DNA from: Nitrospira sp.
GTDB taxonomy: Bacteria > Nitrospirota > Nitrospiria > Nitrospirales > Nitrospiraceae
NCBI GenBank assembly: GCA_025360665.1
Contig: JANYBU010000288.1
Coordinates: forward strand, 5,855-69,854
Direction of reading: 5' to 3'
DNA length: 64,000 nucleotides
The first letter of the stretch is position 1. Each line of letters starts with the position of its first letter. Below, piece after piece: positions 52,240 through 61,343 of the stretch. The notes under the pieces are model-generated. The model made no database searches, was not told the origin of the DNA, and saw nothing but the letters and a program-made list of their open reading frames with translations. The position numbers were made by a program, and so were the translations under genes.

Positions 52240-52851
52240 TTGGCGAAAACCGTACAGAACTTTTACAGACCAACCCCCGCGAGGCGTGAACTGCTGGCAT
52301 TGCGGTCATTGGCTGAAATCGAACAGATCAGCCAGCACGAACTCGGCAGACAAATCGGGGTCAGCAGTGCCATGGCGCATAACTACGTACAAGCCTTGGT
52401 GGACCAGGGCTATGTCATGACGAGCGGCGAGACGAATCGGACTATGCGATACCTCGTGACGGCCACAGGGCGAAGGCGCTTGGCTACGCTGATGCAGGAG
52501 TACGCGAGTGAAATCGCGCGCATGTATTCAATCGCCAAGACCGAAGTGGAAAAGCGGCTCCACCAACTGTGGAAAGAAGGGATCCAGGCGATCGTGGTCT
52601 TCGGGGCAGCGGAGACGGGTGAGTTGATCTATAGCGCCGTGAAAGCCACTCCCATGCGTATCGTCGGCTGGGTCGATAACGATGTTGCGAAACATCAGCA
52701 ACGATTCGGATACCTGACCGTGTGCCCACCCGACACCATTGAATCTTGTCGCCCGGACGCGGTGCTCATTGCCTCCTCCGGCAAGACGGAGGACATCCAT
52801 CGGCAGCTGCGCCATCTTTCGAAGAAAGGGATCGCCGTTGTCACCCTCTAA
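52240..52851 (+). CDS. Winged-helix (MarR/TrmB-like) DNA-binding protein with C-terminal Rossmann-like domain
   Basis: 203 aa with a TTG start. wHTH segment ISQHELGRQIGVSSAMAHNYVQALVDQGYV. The C-terminal AIVVFGAAETGELIY...IVGWVDND...DAVLIAS pattern resembles nucleotide-binding N-domains seen in sugar-modifying enzymes. Confidence 0.6.
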   Translation: MAKTVQNFYRPTPARRELLALRSLAEIEQISQHELGRQIGVSSAMAHNYVQALVDQGYVMTSGETNRTMRYLVTATGRRRLATLMQEYASEIARMYSIAKTEVEKRLHQLWKEGIQAIVVFGAAETGELIYSAVKATPMRIVGWVDNDVAKHQQRFGYLTVCPPDTIESCRPDAVLIASSGKTEDIHRQLRHLSKKGIAVVTL

Positions 52852-53905
52852 GTGTGCCACACCGCCATATCGGGCAGGGGTCGTCGGGTTAGGCCAGATT
52901 GGCAATCTGTTCGATGAGGATCCCAAACGCGAGGAGATCTGGACCCATACGGGAGCCTACTTAGCGTTGCCCAATGTCACCCTAACAGCCGGAGCCGATT
53001 CAGATGAGGATCGTCGTCGCCGATTCCTCTCTCGCAGCGTCACTGCGAGCGCCTACGTGGACTACCGGTCTATGCTGCAAGCCGAGAACCTCCAGGTTGT
53101 GAGCATCTGTGCGCCGACCGCGCTGCATCACGAGATGGTTCTTGCCGGCGTGCGCGCCGGAGTCTGCGCAATCTTCTGCGAAAAGCCGCTGGCGTCGACG
53201 CCGGAACAGGCGGCAGAGATGGTCGAGGCCTGTCAGGCAGCCGGCGTGCTATTGGCTGTCAACCATACGCGGCGTTGGGAGCCTATTTATGTCCGGGCCA
53301 AACAGCTTCTGGCAGAAGGCGCGATCGGTCGCCTTGAAGCGATCGTCGGCTACTATCCGGGGAAAGTCTTCACGATGGGCACACACCTCTTCGACCTCAT
53401 GCGGTTCTTCGGGGGGGACGTCCAATGGGTCTGTGGCCAGTCGCCCGATCCTCGGCTGGCGTCAGATGAAGAAGGAAGCCTGTCCGGACAAATGCAGTTC
53501 CGCTCCGGCGCCACGGGATGCATCGTCGCAGGGTGGGACCGGACCAACCATGTGTTCGAACTGGATCTCTTCGGCAGTGCCGGGCGGTTGCGTCTCTCCG
53601 GAGATGGAGCCGCCATGAACCTCTGTCGATTCGAGGAGAGTCCACGCTACTCCGGTTATCGAGAGCTTGCGTCGGACGACGAGATCGGACGGTTCAGCCG
53701 CGAGGGGCAACCCCCGGTCAGCCGTCTTGTGACTGCGATGCGCGACGTCATCGATTGTATCGGCAGCGGGAAGCAGCCAGCCTGCAGCGGGCAAGATGGT
53801 CTCGCGGCGGTGGACATTGCCTGCGCGCTCTGCGAGTCGGTCAAGCACGGCAACAGTCGAGTGGCGCTGCCTCTCGTGGCATCATTATCGACATGTCAAA
53901 TCTAA
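52838..53905 (+). CDS. Gfo/Idh/MocA-family NAD(P)-dependent oxidoreductase
   Basis: RAGVVGLGQIGN near the N-terminus and the EKP motif (AIFCEKPLA). I propose a TTG start at 52838. The track start 52739 lies inside the upstream gene. Confidence 0.8.
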   Translation: MSPSKCATPPYRAGVVGLGQIGNLFDEDPKREEIWTHTGAYLALPNVTLTAGADSDEDRRRRFLSRSVTASAYVDYRSMLQAENLQVVSICAPTALHHEMVLAGVRAGVCAIFCEKPLASTPEQAAEMVEACQAAGVLLAVNHTRRWEPIYVRAKQLLAEGAIGRLEAIVGYYPGKVFTMGTHLFDLMRFFGGDVQWVCGQSPDPRLASDEEGSLSGQMQFRSGATGCIVAGWDRTNHVFELDLFGSAGRLRLSGDGAAMNLCRFEESPRYSGYRELASDDEIGRFSREGQPPVSRLVTAMRDVIDCIGSGKQPACSGQDGLAAVDIACALCESVKHGNSRVALPLVASLSTCQI

Positions 53906-53924
53906 ACAGAAGGAGGGTAGGCGA

Positions 53925-55238
53925 GTGAAGAGCATAGCCACAGCAAGTAAGTTAGCGCTCCTGGGAGGAAATCCCGTTCGCAGCAAGCCCTTTCCTCCGT
54001 ACCCCATCATCGGGGATGAGGAAAAGAAGGCGGTCATGGAGGTCATGGATTCAGGACATATCTCGAGCTTCTCGGCAAGCCGGCCTGGATTCCTGGGCGG
54101 CGAACGGGTCCAAGCGTTTGAGACAGCGTTTGCTGCCTATCATTCGATGGCCTATGGAGTCACTTTCAACTCGGCGACCTCCGGCCTGCATGCCGCCGTT
54201 GCGGCCTGCGGAGTCGGGCCCGGCGATGAAGTCATCGTTCCTCCCTACTCCTTTACGGCAACCGCCACAGCGGTGTTGCACCACAATGCCATTCCTGTCT
54301 TCGCCGACATCGATCCGGTGACGTTTTGTTTGGATCCCCACTCCTTCGAAGCGGCGATCACGCCACGCACGAAAGCCGTTATCCCCGTGCATCTGCTCGG
54401 CCATCCGGCCGAGATGGACCAGATCCTCGCCATCGCGCGGCGGCACAAGCTGAAAGTGATCGAGGATTGCGCACAGGCTCCGGGCGCGAAGTACAAGGGC
54501 CGCCTGGTCGGCACCATGGGAGACTGCGCCGTGTTCAGCTTCCAGGAAAGCAAGAACATGATGACCGGGGAAGGCGGGATGCTGATCATGAATGATCCGG
54601 ACCTGGCCGAACAGTCACGCATGGTGCGGAATCACGGGGAGACCGTCATTGCCGGGGAGGTTCGCAAATACCTGGCGCAGACGATCGGCTGGAACTACCG
54701 GATGACCGAAATCGAGGCCGCCATCGGTTTTGTCCAGTTGAAGAAGCTGGATGCCCAGAACGGCCATCGACGGGAGTTGGCCCGGTATCTGCTTGATCGG
54801 CTTCCGGCTGTGCCGGGACTCCGGTATCCGGTCGAGCAGGAACAGAACCACCATGTCTATCACGTATTCGGCATGACCTACGATGAGCAGCGGATCGGCA
54901 TTCCCCGGCAGCGGTTTATTCAGGCGCTCGTGGCCGAGGGCATTCCGGTCGGGTCCGGCTATCCCAGGCCGCTCTACCACAATCCACTCTTTCAAGAGCG
55001 GATGGCCTATGGGAAACAGGGTTGCCCCTTCACCTGCCATCTCTATCAAGGCACCGTGTCCTACGCCAAAGGTCTCTGTCCCGTGGCGGAAGACCTCTGT
55101 GCCCAATCGGCCCTCTGGACCTTCGTCGTCCGTCCGCCAGCCACGACCGTCGACATGGACGATATCATTCATGCGTTTGAGAAAGTGATCGAGGCCATTC
55201 CCGAACTCAAGGAGCAGAGCCATGAAATTACGGTCTAG
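53925..55238 (+). CDS. DegT/DnrJ/EryC1-family PLP-dependent sugar aminotransferase
   Basis: About 437 aa from GTG 53925 (AAGGAGGG RBS). LLGGNPVR..., SATSGLHAAVAA and the PLP-lysine context FSFQESKNMMTGEGGML. Confidence 0.9.
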   Translation: MKSIATASKLALLGGNPVRSKPFPPYPIIGDEEKKAVMEVMDSGHISSFSASRPGFLGGERVQAFETAFAAYHSMAYGVTFNSATSGLHAAVAACGVGPGDEVIVPPYSFTATATAVLHHNAIPVFADIDPVTFCLDPHSFEAAITPRTKAVIPVHLLGHPAEMDQILAIARRHKLKVIEDCAQAPGAKYKGRLVGTMGDCAVFSFQESKNMMTGEGGMLIMNDPDLAEQSRMVRNHGETVIAGEVRKYLAQTIGWNYRMTEIEAAIGFVQLKKLDAQNGHRRELARYLLDRLPAVPGLRYPVEQEQNHHVYHVFGMTYDEQRIGIPRQRFIQALVAEGIPVGSGYPRPLYHNPLFQERMAYGKQGCPFTCHLYQGTVSYAKGLCPVAEDLCAQSALWTFVVRPPATTVDMDDIIHAFEKVIEAIPELKEQSHEITV

Positions 55239-55947
55239 TGAGTCCCATGGAGTTGTCGGCGTTATTCATGCCCGCGGCGGTTCGAAACGCATCCCCTTGA
55301 AGAACATCAAGCTGCTCGCCGGGCGGCCGCTGATCTCCTACATGGTGGAGGCGGCGGTAGAGAGCCGGTTGCTGGATCGCGTGATTGTGTCGACCGACCA
55401 TCCAGACATTGCGCAGATTGCTCTCGAGTACGGGGCGGAAGTTCCGTTCATGAGGCCGGCCGACCTGGCGGAAGACATCGCCTCCGAGTTGGTCACCCAG
55501 CATGCCGTCCGGTTCATCGAGGAACAGGGCTATCGGGTATGCATCGCCTTGACGATGCAACCGACGACTCCATTCTGCACGAGCGAGGACATCGACGCCT
55601 GTATTGCCAAAATGTTGGAGACCGACTTGGACACCGTCTTTACCGCCTGCGAAATACACGAGCGACCGGAATGGATGTATCGCCTCAAAGGTGCGCTTGC
55701 ACTCCCCCTCACCGGCACCCTGGTGCAGGGCGATGCCGGAATCAGTCAGAAGCTGCCGAAGCTGTACATTCCGAATGGAGCGGTCTGGGCAACAAGACGA
55801 TCGATCTTGATGGAACAGAATCTCATTACCGGGCCGCACAGCGGGATCGTGATCATGTCACGGGAGCGGTCGGTTGATATCGACGAACCGGTGGACTTTA
55901 TCACGGCAGAGGCGATGGCGAATGAACTAATGAAAGTGAGGGCCTAA
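55222..55947 (+). CDS. Acylneuraminate (nonulosonate) cytidylyltransferase family (NeuA/LegF/PseF-like)
   Basis: 241 aa. The N-terminal motif VIHARGGSKRIPLKNIKLLAGRPLISY is characteristic of CMP-nonulosonic acid synthetases. Confidence 0.9.
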   Translation: MKLRSSESHGVVGVIHARGGSKRIPLKNIKLLAGRPLISYMVEAAVESRLLDRVIVSTDHPDIAQIALEYGAEVPFMRPADLAEDIASELVTQHAVRFIEEQGYRVCIALTMQPTTPFCTSEDIDACIAKMLETDLDTVFTACEIHERPEWMYRLKGALALPLTGTLVQGDAGISQKLPKLYIPNGAVWATRRSILMEQNLITGPHSGIVIMSRERSVDIDEPVDFITAEAMANELMKVRA

Positions 55948-55950
55948 GTC

Positions 55951-56196
55951 ATGGCGAAATTGATCGGCAATTATACCGTCTCGGGACAGCCAACAGAGAA
56001 CGCAAAGCCTGGTCAGCCAGATGCGACCGAGCGTGAGAAGGCCGAAGGCGCGCATCAGGCCACGGTGTCCGAGTTCGAACGCCGCGCGTTGGGGCGGCTC
56101 GGCGGCAGCATCGCCTTCGTTATGAAGGGTAAGAATGTCCTCTGGAGAGGGGAGAAGGCGACAGACTCGAGCAAAGGGACCGGCGATGAAAAGTAG
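55951..56196 (+). CDS. Small hypothetical protein (81 aa)
   Basis: An SD-like GTGAGGG lies 8 nt upstream. The ORF is tightly packed between island genes and overlaps the next start by 11 nt. No recognisable motif. Confidence 0.4.
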   Translation: MAKLIGNYTVSGQPTENAKPGQPDATEREKAEGAHQATVSEFERRALGRLGGSIAFVMKGKNVLWRGEKATDSSKGTGDEK

Positions 56197-57190
56197 TCTC
56201 GACCGATCCTGCTTGGACCTGGTTGCCCAAGCGACCTTTCAGAAAACGGCGGAGATCGGCTTCCAACACGCGAAGCAGAATTTGCCCTATATGAAACAAA
56301 CGGTCCTAGACGTGCCGCGTACCAGTCCTGAGAAAGGCACGTCGGCGATCAGCATGGCGGCGGGACCGAGCCTGCACCGGCGCCAGACCATCCAGACCAT
56401 TAAGAATCTCAACTATCGCGGAACCCTGATCGTCGCCGATGGGGCCATGGGCCATTGCCTGCGGAACGGCCTGATTCCCGATTACGTCGTATGCGTAGAC
56501 CCGCACCCGACCTGGATCATCCGTTGGTTCGGGGACCCGGATCTGGCCACGCGGGCGGATGACGATTACTTCCGCCGGCAGGATCTGGATCCGGCCCTCA
56601 ATACCAAAGAGCGGGAGCGCAACGACGAATTGATCCGTCTGGTCAACGAGCACGGTCCCAAGATCAAGGTCATCATGGCGACCTGTGTGGCACCGAATGT
56701 GGTCGCCCGTTGCCGGGACGCCGGCATGTCGCTCTACTGGTGGAACCCGATTTGCGACGACTACGACGTGCCGGACAGCCATACCAGGCGACTGTACGAC
56801 TTGACCGGTATGCCCTGCATGGTGACCGGTGGAAACGGCGGCGCGTCTGCGTGGATTTTTGCCAACGCCGTTCTGCAGAAGTCACCCGTGGCATTCGTCG
56901 GGATGGATCTCGGATATGCCCCAGGCACGCCGTTGTCGAAGACTCAGTACTACCATGAACTGATCAAGGTCTATCCGGAAGAGCGGCTCAGTGAGGCCTA
57001 CATCGAGATCCACAATCCGTACCTCAACGAAACCTGGTACACCGACCCGACCTACTACTGGTACCGGCAATGTTTTCTGGATGTCGTGAAACAATCGGGC
57101 TGGACCGCCTACAACTGTACGGAAGGCGGTACGTTATTCGGCGAAGGTATCGAGTGGATGGCGCTGGATCACTTCATCAAAGAACAGTAA
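56186..57190 (+). CDS. DUF115 / MptE-like (Maf-related) protein, short form
   Basis: About 334 aa from ATG 56186. ISMAAGPSL...GTLIVADGAMGHCLRNGLIPDYVVCVDPHP is the core of the motility-accessory-factor / MptE-like fold. Confidence 0.75.
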   Translation: MKSSLDRSCLDLVAQATFQKTAEIGFQHAKQNLPYMKQTVLDVPRTSPEKGTSAISMAAGPSLHRRQTIQTIKNLNYRGTLIVADGAMGHCLRNGLIPDYVVCVDPHPTWIIRWFGDPDLATRADDDYFRRQDLDPALNTKERERNDELIRLVNEHGPKIKVIMATCVAPNVVARCRDAGMSLYWWNPICDDYDVPDSHTRRLYDLTGMPCMVTGGNGGASAWIFANAVLQKSPVAFVGMDLGYAPGTPLSKTQYYHELIKVYPEERLSEAYIEIHNPYLNETWYTDPTYYWYRQCFLDVVKQSGWTAYNCTEGGTLFGEGIEWMALDHFIKEQ

Positions 57191-57244
57191 AGAAGCAGTC
57201 AGCCGCAGCGATGAGCTAAGAGCTGATAGCTCAAGGAGAAGAAG

Positions 57245-58846
57245 ATGGCCAAGGTCTTAATCATCAATCCCGTGATTCGCGCCGAAGACGATCCCCGGCA
57301 TGTGCCGTACGGATTGGCGCTGCTCGCAGCGGTCGCGAATCGGGAGGGGCATGAGATCCAAGTATTTGACGCCAACGGCTGGCGCCCGACCGACGAGGAA
57401 CTGATCGATGCCATTAGCGCGGATAGCTGGGATGTGATTGCCACCGGCGGCATCACGACAGCCTATGGGTACATGAAGAAGAGCGTCCAATTCGCCAGGC
57501 AATACGCGCCCGATGCGCTCATTATGATGGGCGGCGGCGCCTTGACCGCCATGCCGCGCGACATCATGGGCTTCTGCCCCCAGATCGATATCGGCGGCGT
57601 CGGAGAAGGCGTGATTACCTTTCCGGAGGTCTTGAAAAAGATCGACGAAGGCCGGACCCGGACGAGCAATTGGTCCGACGTCCAGGGCATCATCTGGCGC
57701 AGCGCGCAGGGCGAGATCCAACTCAATGAGGAGCGGCCTCTGCTTCAGGATATCGACAGCTTGCCGTTTCCGATGTACGAACTCTTCCCCCTTGATATCT
57801 ATTTCAAGAACTCCTGCATTTTATTGTCGGAAGAAGCCATGCTGGCGAAACGGCGGCTGGACATCAATATGTCTTACGGTTGCTCGCTCATCTGCCGCTT
57901 CTGCTTCCATCTGGGGCTGACTGGCGACATGAAATATACGGATACGGAGCAGGTGAACGGCGGCGACGTAGTGTTCAACAACGATCGCAACATCCGCTGG
58001 CACAGCCCTGAGTTCGTCGTTCGGCAAGTGAAGTACATGAAGGAACGGTTCAAGGTAGATTTCGTCTCCTTCCTCGACGAGAATCTCATGACCATGCACG
58101 TGTCGACAAAAAAGAAGTGGCTCTTCGAAATCTCCGATCTGTGGATTAAAGCGGGCCTCCAGCCCAGCTGTGTCCGGGACGGCGTGCCCCACGATCCCAA
58201 GACCTGCGACGGCGTGCATTGGGGCGGGACCAGCCACGCCACCCTGGCCTATCCGGAAGTGCTGCAAGCCATGCACAAGGCCGGTTGCACCTATCTGGAT
58301 TATGGTCTTGAGTCCTTCTCGGACCGCGTACTCAAGACGATTGGCAAGGGCGCGACGGTGAAGACGAACGAACGCTGTTTGAAGATCACGATGGAGGCAG
58401 GCATCAGGCCGATCCCCAACCAGATCGTGGGCTTCCCTGACGAGTTTTTCGACAGTCTGTACGACAACATGGCTTTCTGGGAACGGATCGGCATCATGGT
58501 CAAGCCGTTCTTTGCCACGCCCTATCCTGGTTCCGAGTGGTACTACACCTACAAGGACCAGATTTTGGAGCAATACGGCGGCGATTTGGAGGCCTTCATC
58601 CTCGATGTCGGGGACGCCACGAAGATCACGGCGGTGATCTGCCACAACTTCAATGCGATCGAATTGCTCGGCCTCCGGGAGTTGATGCTCCAGCACGATG
58701 TCAAACGGATCAAGGAATATGAGACGTACTGGCGCTCCATTCATGGCGAACCGCGGTTTGCCAAGGAGGTGTTGGCGGCCAAGGCGAAGGCTGAGGCAGC
58801 CCCGCAGCTGGTGCAACTGGAGCGGAAACTGGTCACGGCCGCTTAG
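57245..58846 (+). CDS. B12-binding-domain radical SAM enzyme
   Basis: 533 aa. The N-terminal cobalamin-binding-type Rossmann region reads KVLIINPV...VPYGLALLAAVANREGHEIQVFDAN...WDVIATGG. The radical SAM cluster motif CSLICRFC (CxxxCxxC) follows. Confidence 0.85.
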   Translation: MAKVLIINPVIRAEDDPRHVPYGLALLAAVANREGHEIQVFDANGWRPTDEELIDAISADSWDVIATGGITTAYGYMKKSVQFARQYAPDALIMMGGGALTAMPRDIMGFCPQIDIGGVGEGVITFPEVLKKIDEGRTRTSNWSDVQGIIWRSAQGEIQLNEERPLLQDIDSLPFPMYELFPLDIYFKNSCILLSEEAMLAKRRLDINMSYGCSLICRFCFHLGLTGDMKYTDTEQVNGGDVVFNNDRNIRWHSPEFVVRQVKYMKERFKVDFVSFLDENLMTMHVSTKKKWLFEISDLWIKAGLQPSCVRDGVPHDPKTCDGVHWGGTSHATLAYPEVLQAMHKAGCTYLDYGLESFSDRVLKTIGKGATVKTNERCLKITMEAGIRPIPNQIVGFPDEFFDSLYDNMAFWERIGIMVKPFFATPYPGSEWYYTYKDQILEQYGGDLEAFILDVGDATKITAVICHNFNAIELLGLRELMLQHDVKRIKEYETYWRSIHGEPRFAKEVLAAKAKAEAAPQLVQLERKLVTAA

Positions 58847-58855
58847 GAGGCACAG

Positions 58856-59911
58856 ATGGCATTCTCATGCGGTACAAAATTGCAGAGCATCAGAATCGGC
58901 GGTCGTGAAATCGGCGACGGCCAGCCGCCCTTCGTCATTGCCGAAGTCGGCATCAACCACAATGGGGACGTGAATCTGGCCAAACAGATGGTGTACGCGG
59001 CGAAAGAGGCCGGCGCCCACTGCATCAAGTTCCAGACCCACCTCACCGGCAAGGAGATGGTTCACACGCTGATGACGCCCGGCGCCATCAGCAAGGAGCC
59101 TCTGTGGAACATCATCGAACGGTGCGAACTCACGGCGGCGGAAGAACGGGCGGTGAAACAGCTCTGCGACGAGGTGGGTATCCTCTTCCTCTCGACCCCC
59201 TTTTCACGGGAGGCTGCCGATCAACTTGAGGAGTTGGGGATCCCTGCCTACAAGATAGGGTCCGGAGAGATCACCAATCTCCCGCTCATCGAACACGTCG
59301 CCAAGAAGGGCCTGCCGATGATTGTCTCAACCGGCATGACCGAGCTGGAAGAAATTGGGGAGACGGTCACGCTCATCGAGCGCTACGACGTACCGCTGAT
59401 TCTGTTGCAATGTACCTCGACCTATCCGACGGCCTACGCGGATGTGAAGTTGGGCGCCATCCAGGTCCTGCGAGAGCAATTCGGTGTGCCGGTCGGCCTG
59501 TCCGATCACTCGATCGGCATCTATACGGCCCTGGGCGCAGTAGCCAAAGGTGCCTGTGTGCTGGAGAAGCATTTCACCACCAGTCGGCAGTTGCCTGGGC
59601 CGGATCAGGGTCTCTCCCTCGAACCGCATGAACTCCGGGAGCTTGTGAAGGGCGCCGACGCCATCTACCAAGCGCTCGGCTCGGAGAAGGCCATCCTGGG
59701 AAAGGAGCGGCCGGTGTTGGGATTCGCCCGTGCGTCTGTCGTCGTCATTAAACCAGTAGCAGCCGGAGACCGGTTCACGGATGAAAATCTCTGGGTCAAA
59801 CGTCCGGCTGACGGCGAGATTCCCGCGCGTGAGTACAAGAAACTGCTCGGACGGGTGGCCAAGGTTCCCATGCAACCGGATCACCAAATCAAATGGAGTG
59901 AGATAGGGTGA
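58856..59911 (+). CDS. Nonulosonic acid synthase (NeuB/LegI/PseI family)
   Basis: 351 aa. PFVIAEVGINHNGDVNLAKQMVYAAKEAGAHCIKFQTH plus a C-terminal SAF domain. Confidence 0.9.
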   Translation: MAFSCGTKLQSIRIGGREIGDGQPPFVIAEVGINHNGDVNLAKQMVYAAKEAGAHCIKFQTHLTGKEMVHTLMTPGAISKEPLWNIIERCELTAAEERAVKQLCDEVGILFLSTPFSREAADQLEELGIPAYKIGSGEITNLPLIEHVAKKGLPMIVSTGMTELEEIGETVTLIERYDVPLILLQCTSTYPTAYADVKLGAIQVLREQFGVPVGLSDHSIGIYTALGAVAKGACVLEKHFTTSRQLPGPDQGLSLEPHELRELVKGADAIYQALGSEKAILGKERPVLGFARASVVVIKPVAAGDRFTDENLWVKRPADGEIPAREYKKLLGRVAKVPMQPDHQIKWSEIG

Positions 59912-60149
59912 TGGGGGCTGATGATCTTCTGTGTTCGCGCAACGAGCGGCCTCAGAAGGGTGGGGGAGCAGCCAGACCATCCTTCTTGCTCGCAGAACGC
60001 GCACGATGAAACGGTGCTCGTCCGATGCGCGCAGGGAAGTCCAGTCTGGCGGCTCCCCTTACGGTAAAGTGGGGAAATCAGAAAGCCCTCGCCTGACCAC
60101 CAAGTCGCAAATGTGAGAGTTCGATGAGAGGAAGGGAGAATACCCGAGC

Positions 60150-61343
60150 ATGCGTACCATCGCCATTGTCACCGAACGACGAGCGGATTACAGCCGGTTC
60201 AAGCCGATTCTCGAATTGATCCGGGAGGACCAGGATCTCGACTACAAGCTTATCGTGACCGGCATCTCTCTGATGGCGGAGCACGGACACGACATCGACG
60301 TGATCAAACGGGACGGATTTTCCATTGAAGCGACCCTGCCGATGTTTCGGGACCAGGCGCCGGATACCGGCGCCGAAATGACCAGGGCCATCGGACGGAT
60401 TCTTCCCGGGCTGGTCGATCTCTTCGAGCGTCTCCGTCCCGACCTCATTCTGTCGGGATTCGACATCGGGGCCAATTTCGCGGCGACCGTAGCCGGCGCC
60501 CATATGAACATCCCGGTCGCACATATTCAGGGGGGGGAGGTGACAGGGAGCATCGACGAGTCGCTTCGGCACGCGATGTCGAAATTCGCCCACCTACATT
60601 TTCCTGCCACGGAAGACGCGGCTCAGCGGTTGATCCGCATGGGGGAACATCCGAAATCCGTGTTCGTCGTCGGCTGCCCCTCGTTGGACGTGGTGCTACA
60701 CACGCCGGTCGCTCCCAAGGCCGAGGTGCTGACGGCGCACGGCCTCGATCCTCAGCAGCCCTATGTCGTCATTCTGCAGCATCCGGTGACGACGGAAGTC
60801 ACGAAGGCGGGACAGCAAATCCAAGAGACCTTGGCCGCCGTTCAAGAGATGCGGCTCCAGGGCGTGCTCATCTATCCGAACAACGATGCCGGCGCGCAAC
60901 AGATCATTCATCACATCAAGCAGAGCCGCATCACTGTCGTGCGCAGTCTGCCTCCGGAGGGGTTCGTCAATCTCGTGCGGTATGCCGCGGCGCTCGTTGG
61001 GAACTCCAGCAGCGGCATTCATGAAACCGCCAGTCTGGGTGTGCCGACCGTAAACGTCGGCACGAGGCAGCAGGGGCGGGAACGGCCGCTCAACGTCCTG
61101 GACACGGGCTATGACCGCGACGCCATCAAACAGGCGCTGGACGTGGCCCTCTACGACGAAACATTCAAGGGGAAAGTCGCTGAACGTGTGAATCTTTACG
61201 GCGATGGACATTCAGCGGAACGCATCGTCAGGATTCTGAAAACCGTATCGCTGGACAACCTCATTCAAAAAAGGTTTTACGATGGCGAACCAGACCATAG
61301 CGCTGATCGGCGGGACCGGATTTATCGGCCGGCATTTGCTTGA
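60150..61343 (+). CDS. Hydrolysing UDP/GDP-HexNAc 2-epimerase (NeuC/LegG family)
   Basis: 397 aa. IAIVTERRADYSRFKPIL..., HIQGGEVTGSIDESLRHAMSK and NSSSGIHE. The C-terminal ~20 codons overlap the next gene by 62 nt. Confidence 0.85.
   Translation: MRTIAIVTERRADYSRFKPILELIREDQDLDYKLIVTGISLMAEHGHDIDVIKRDGFSIEATLPMFRDQAPDTGAEMTRAIGRILPGLVDLFERLRPDLILSGFDIGANFAATVAGAHMNIPVAHIQGGEVTGSIDESLRHAMSKFAHLHFPATEDAAQRLIRMGEHPKSVFVVGCPSLDVVLHTPVAPKAEVLTAHGLDPQQPYVVILQHPVTTEVTKAGQQIQETLAAVQEMRLQGVLIYPNNDAGAQQIIHHIKQSRITVVRSLPPEGFVNLVRYAAALVGNSSSGIHETASLGVPTVNVGTRQQGRERPLNVLDTGYDRDAIKQALDVALYDETFKGKVAERVNLYGDGHSAERIVRILKTVSLDNLIQKRFYDGEPDHSADRRDRIYRPAFA

Noticed and set aside
57821-58816. 331-aa minus-strand ORF inside the radical SAM gene
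   Set aside because: It is an antisense shadow. The plus frame carries the CxxxCxxC and B12-domain motifs.
61282-61343. 62-nt overlap between the NeuC-type and SDR genes as evidence of a frameshift
   Set aside because: The SDR start is fixed by its N-terminal GxxGxxG, and the NeuC body is intact up to LIQKRFYD. The overlap is explained by a short non-conserved C-terminal tail, so there is no clear evidence of a disrupted gene.
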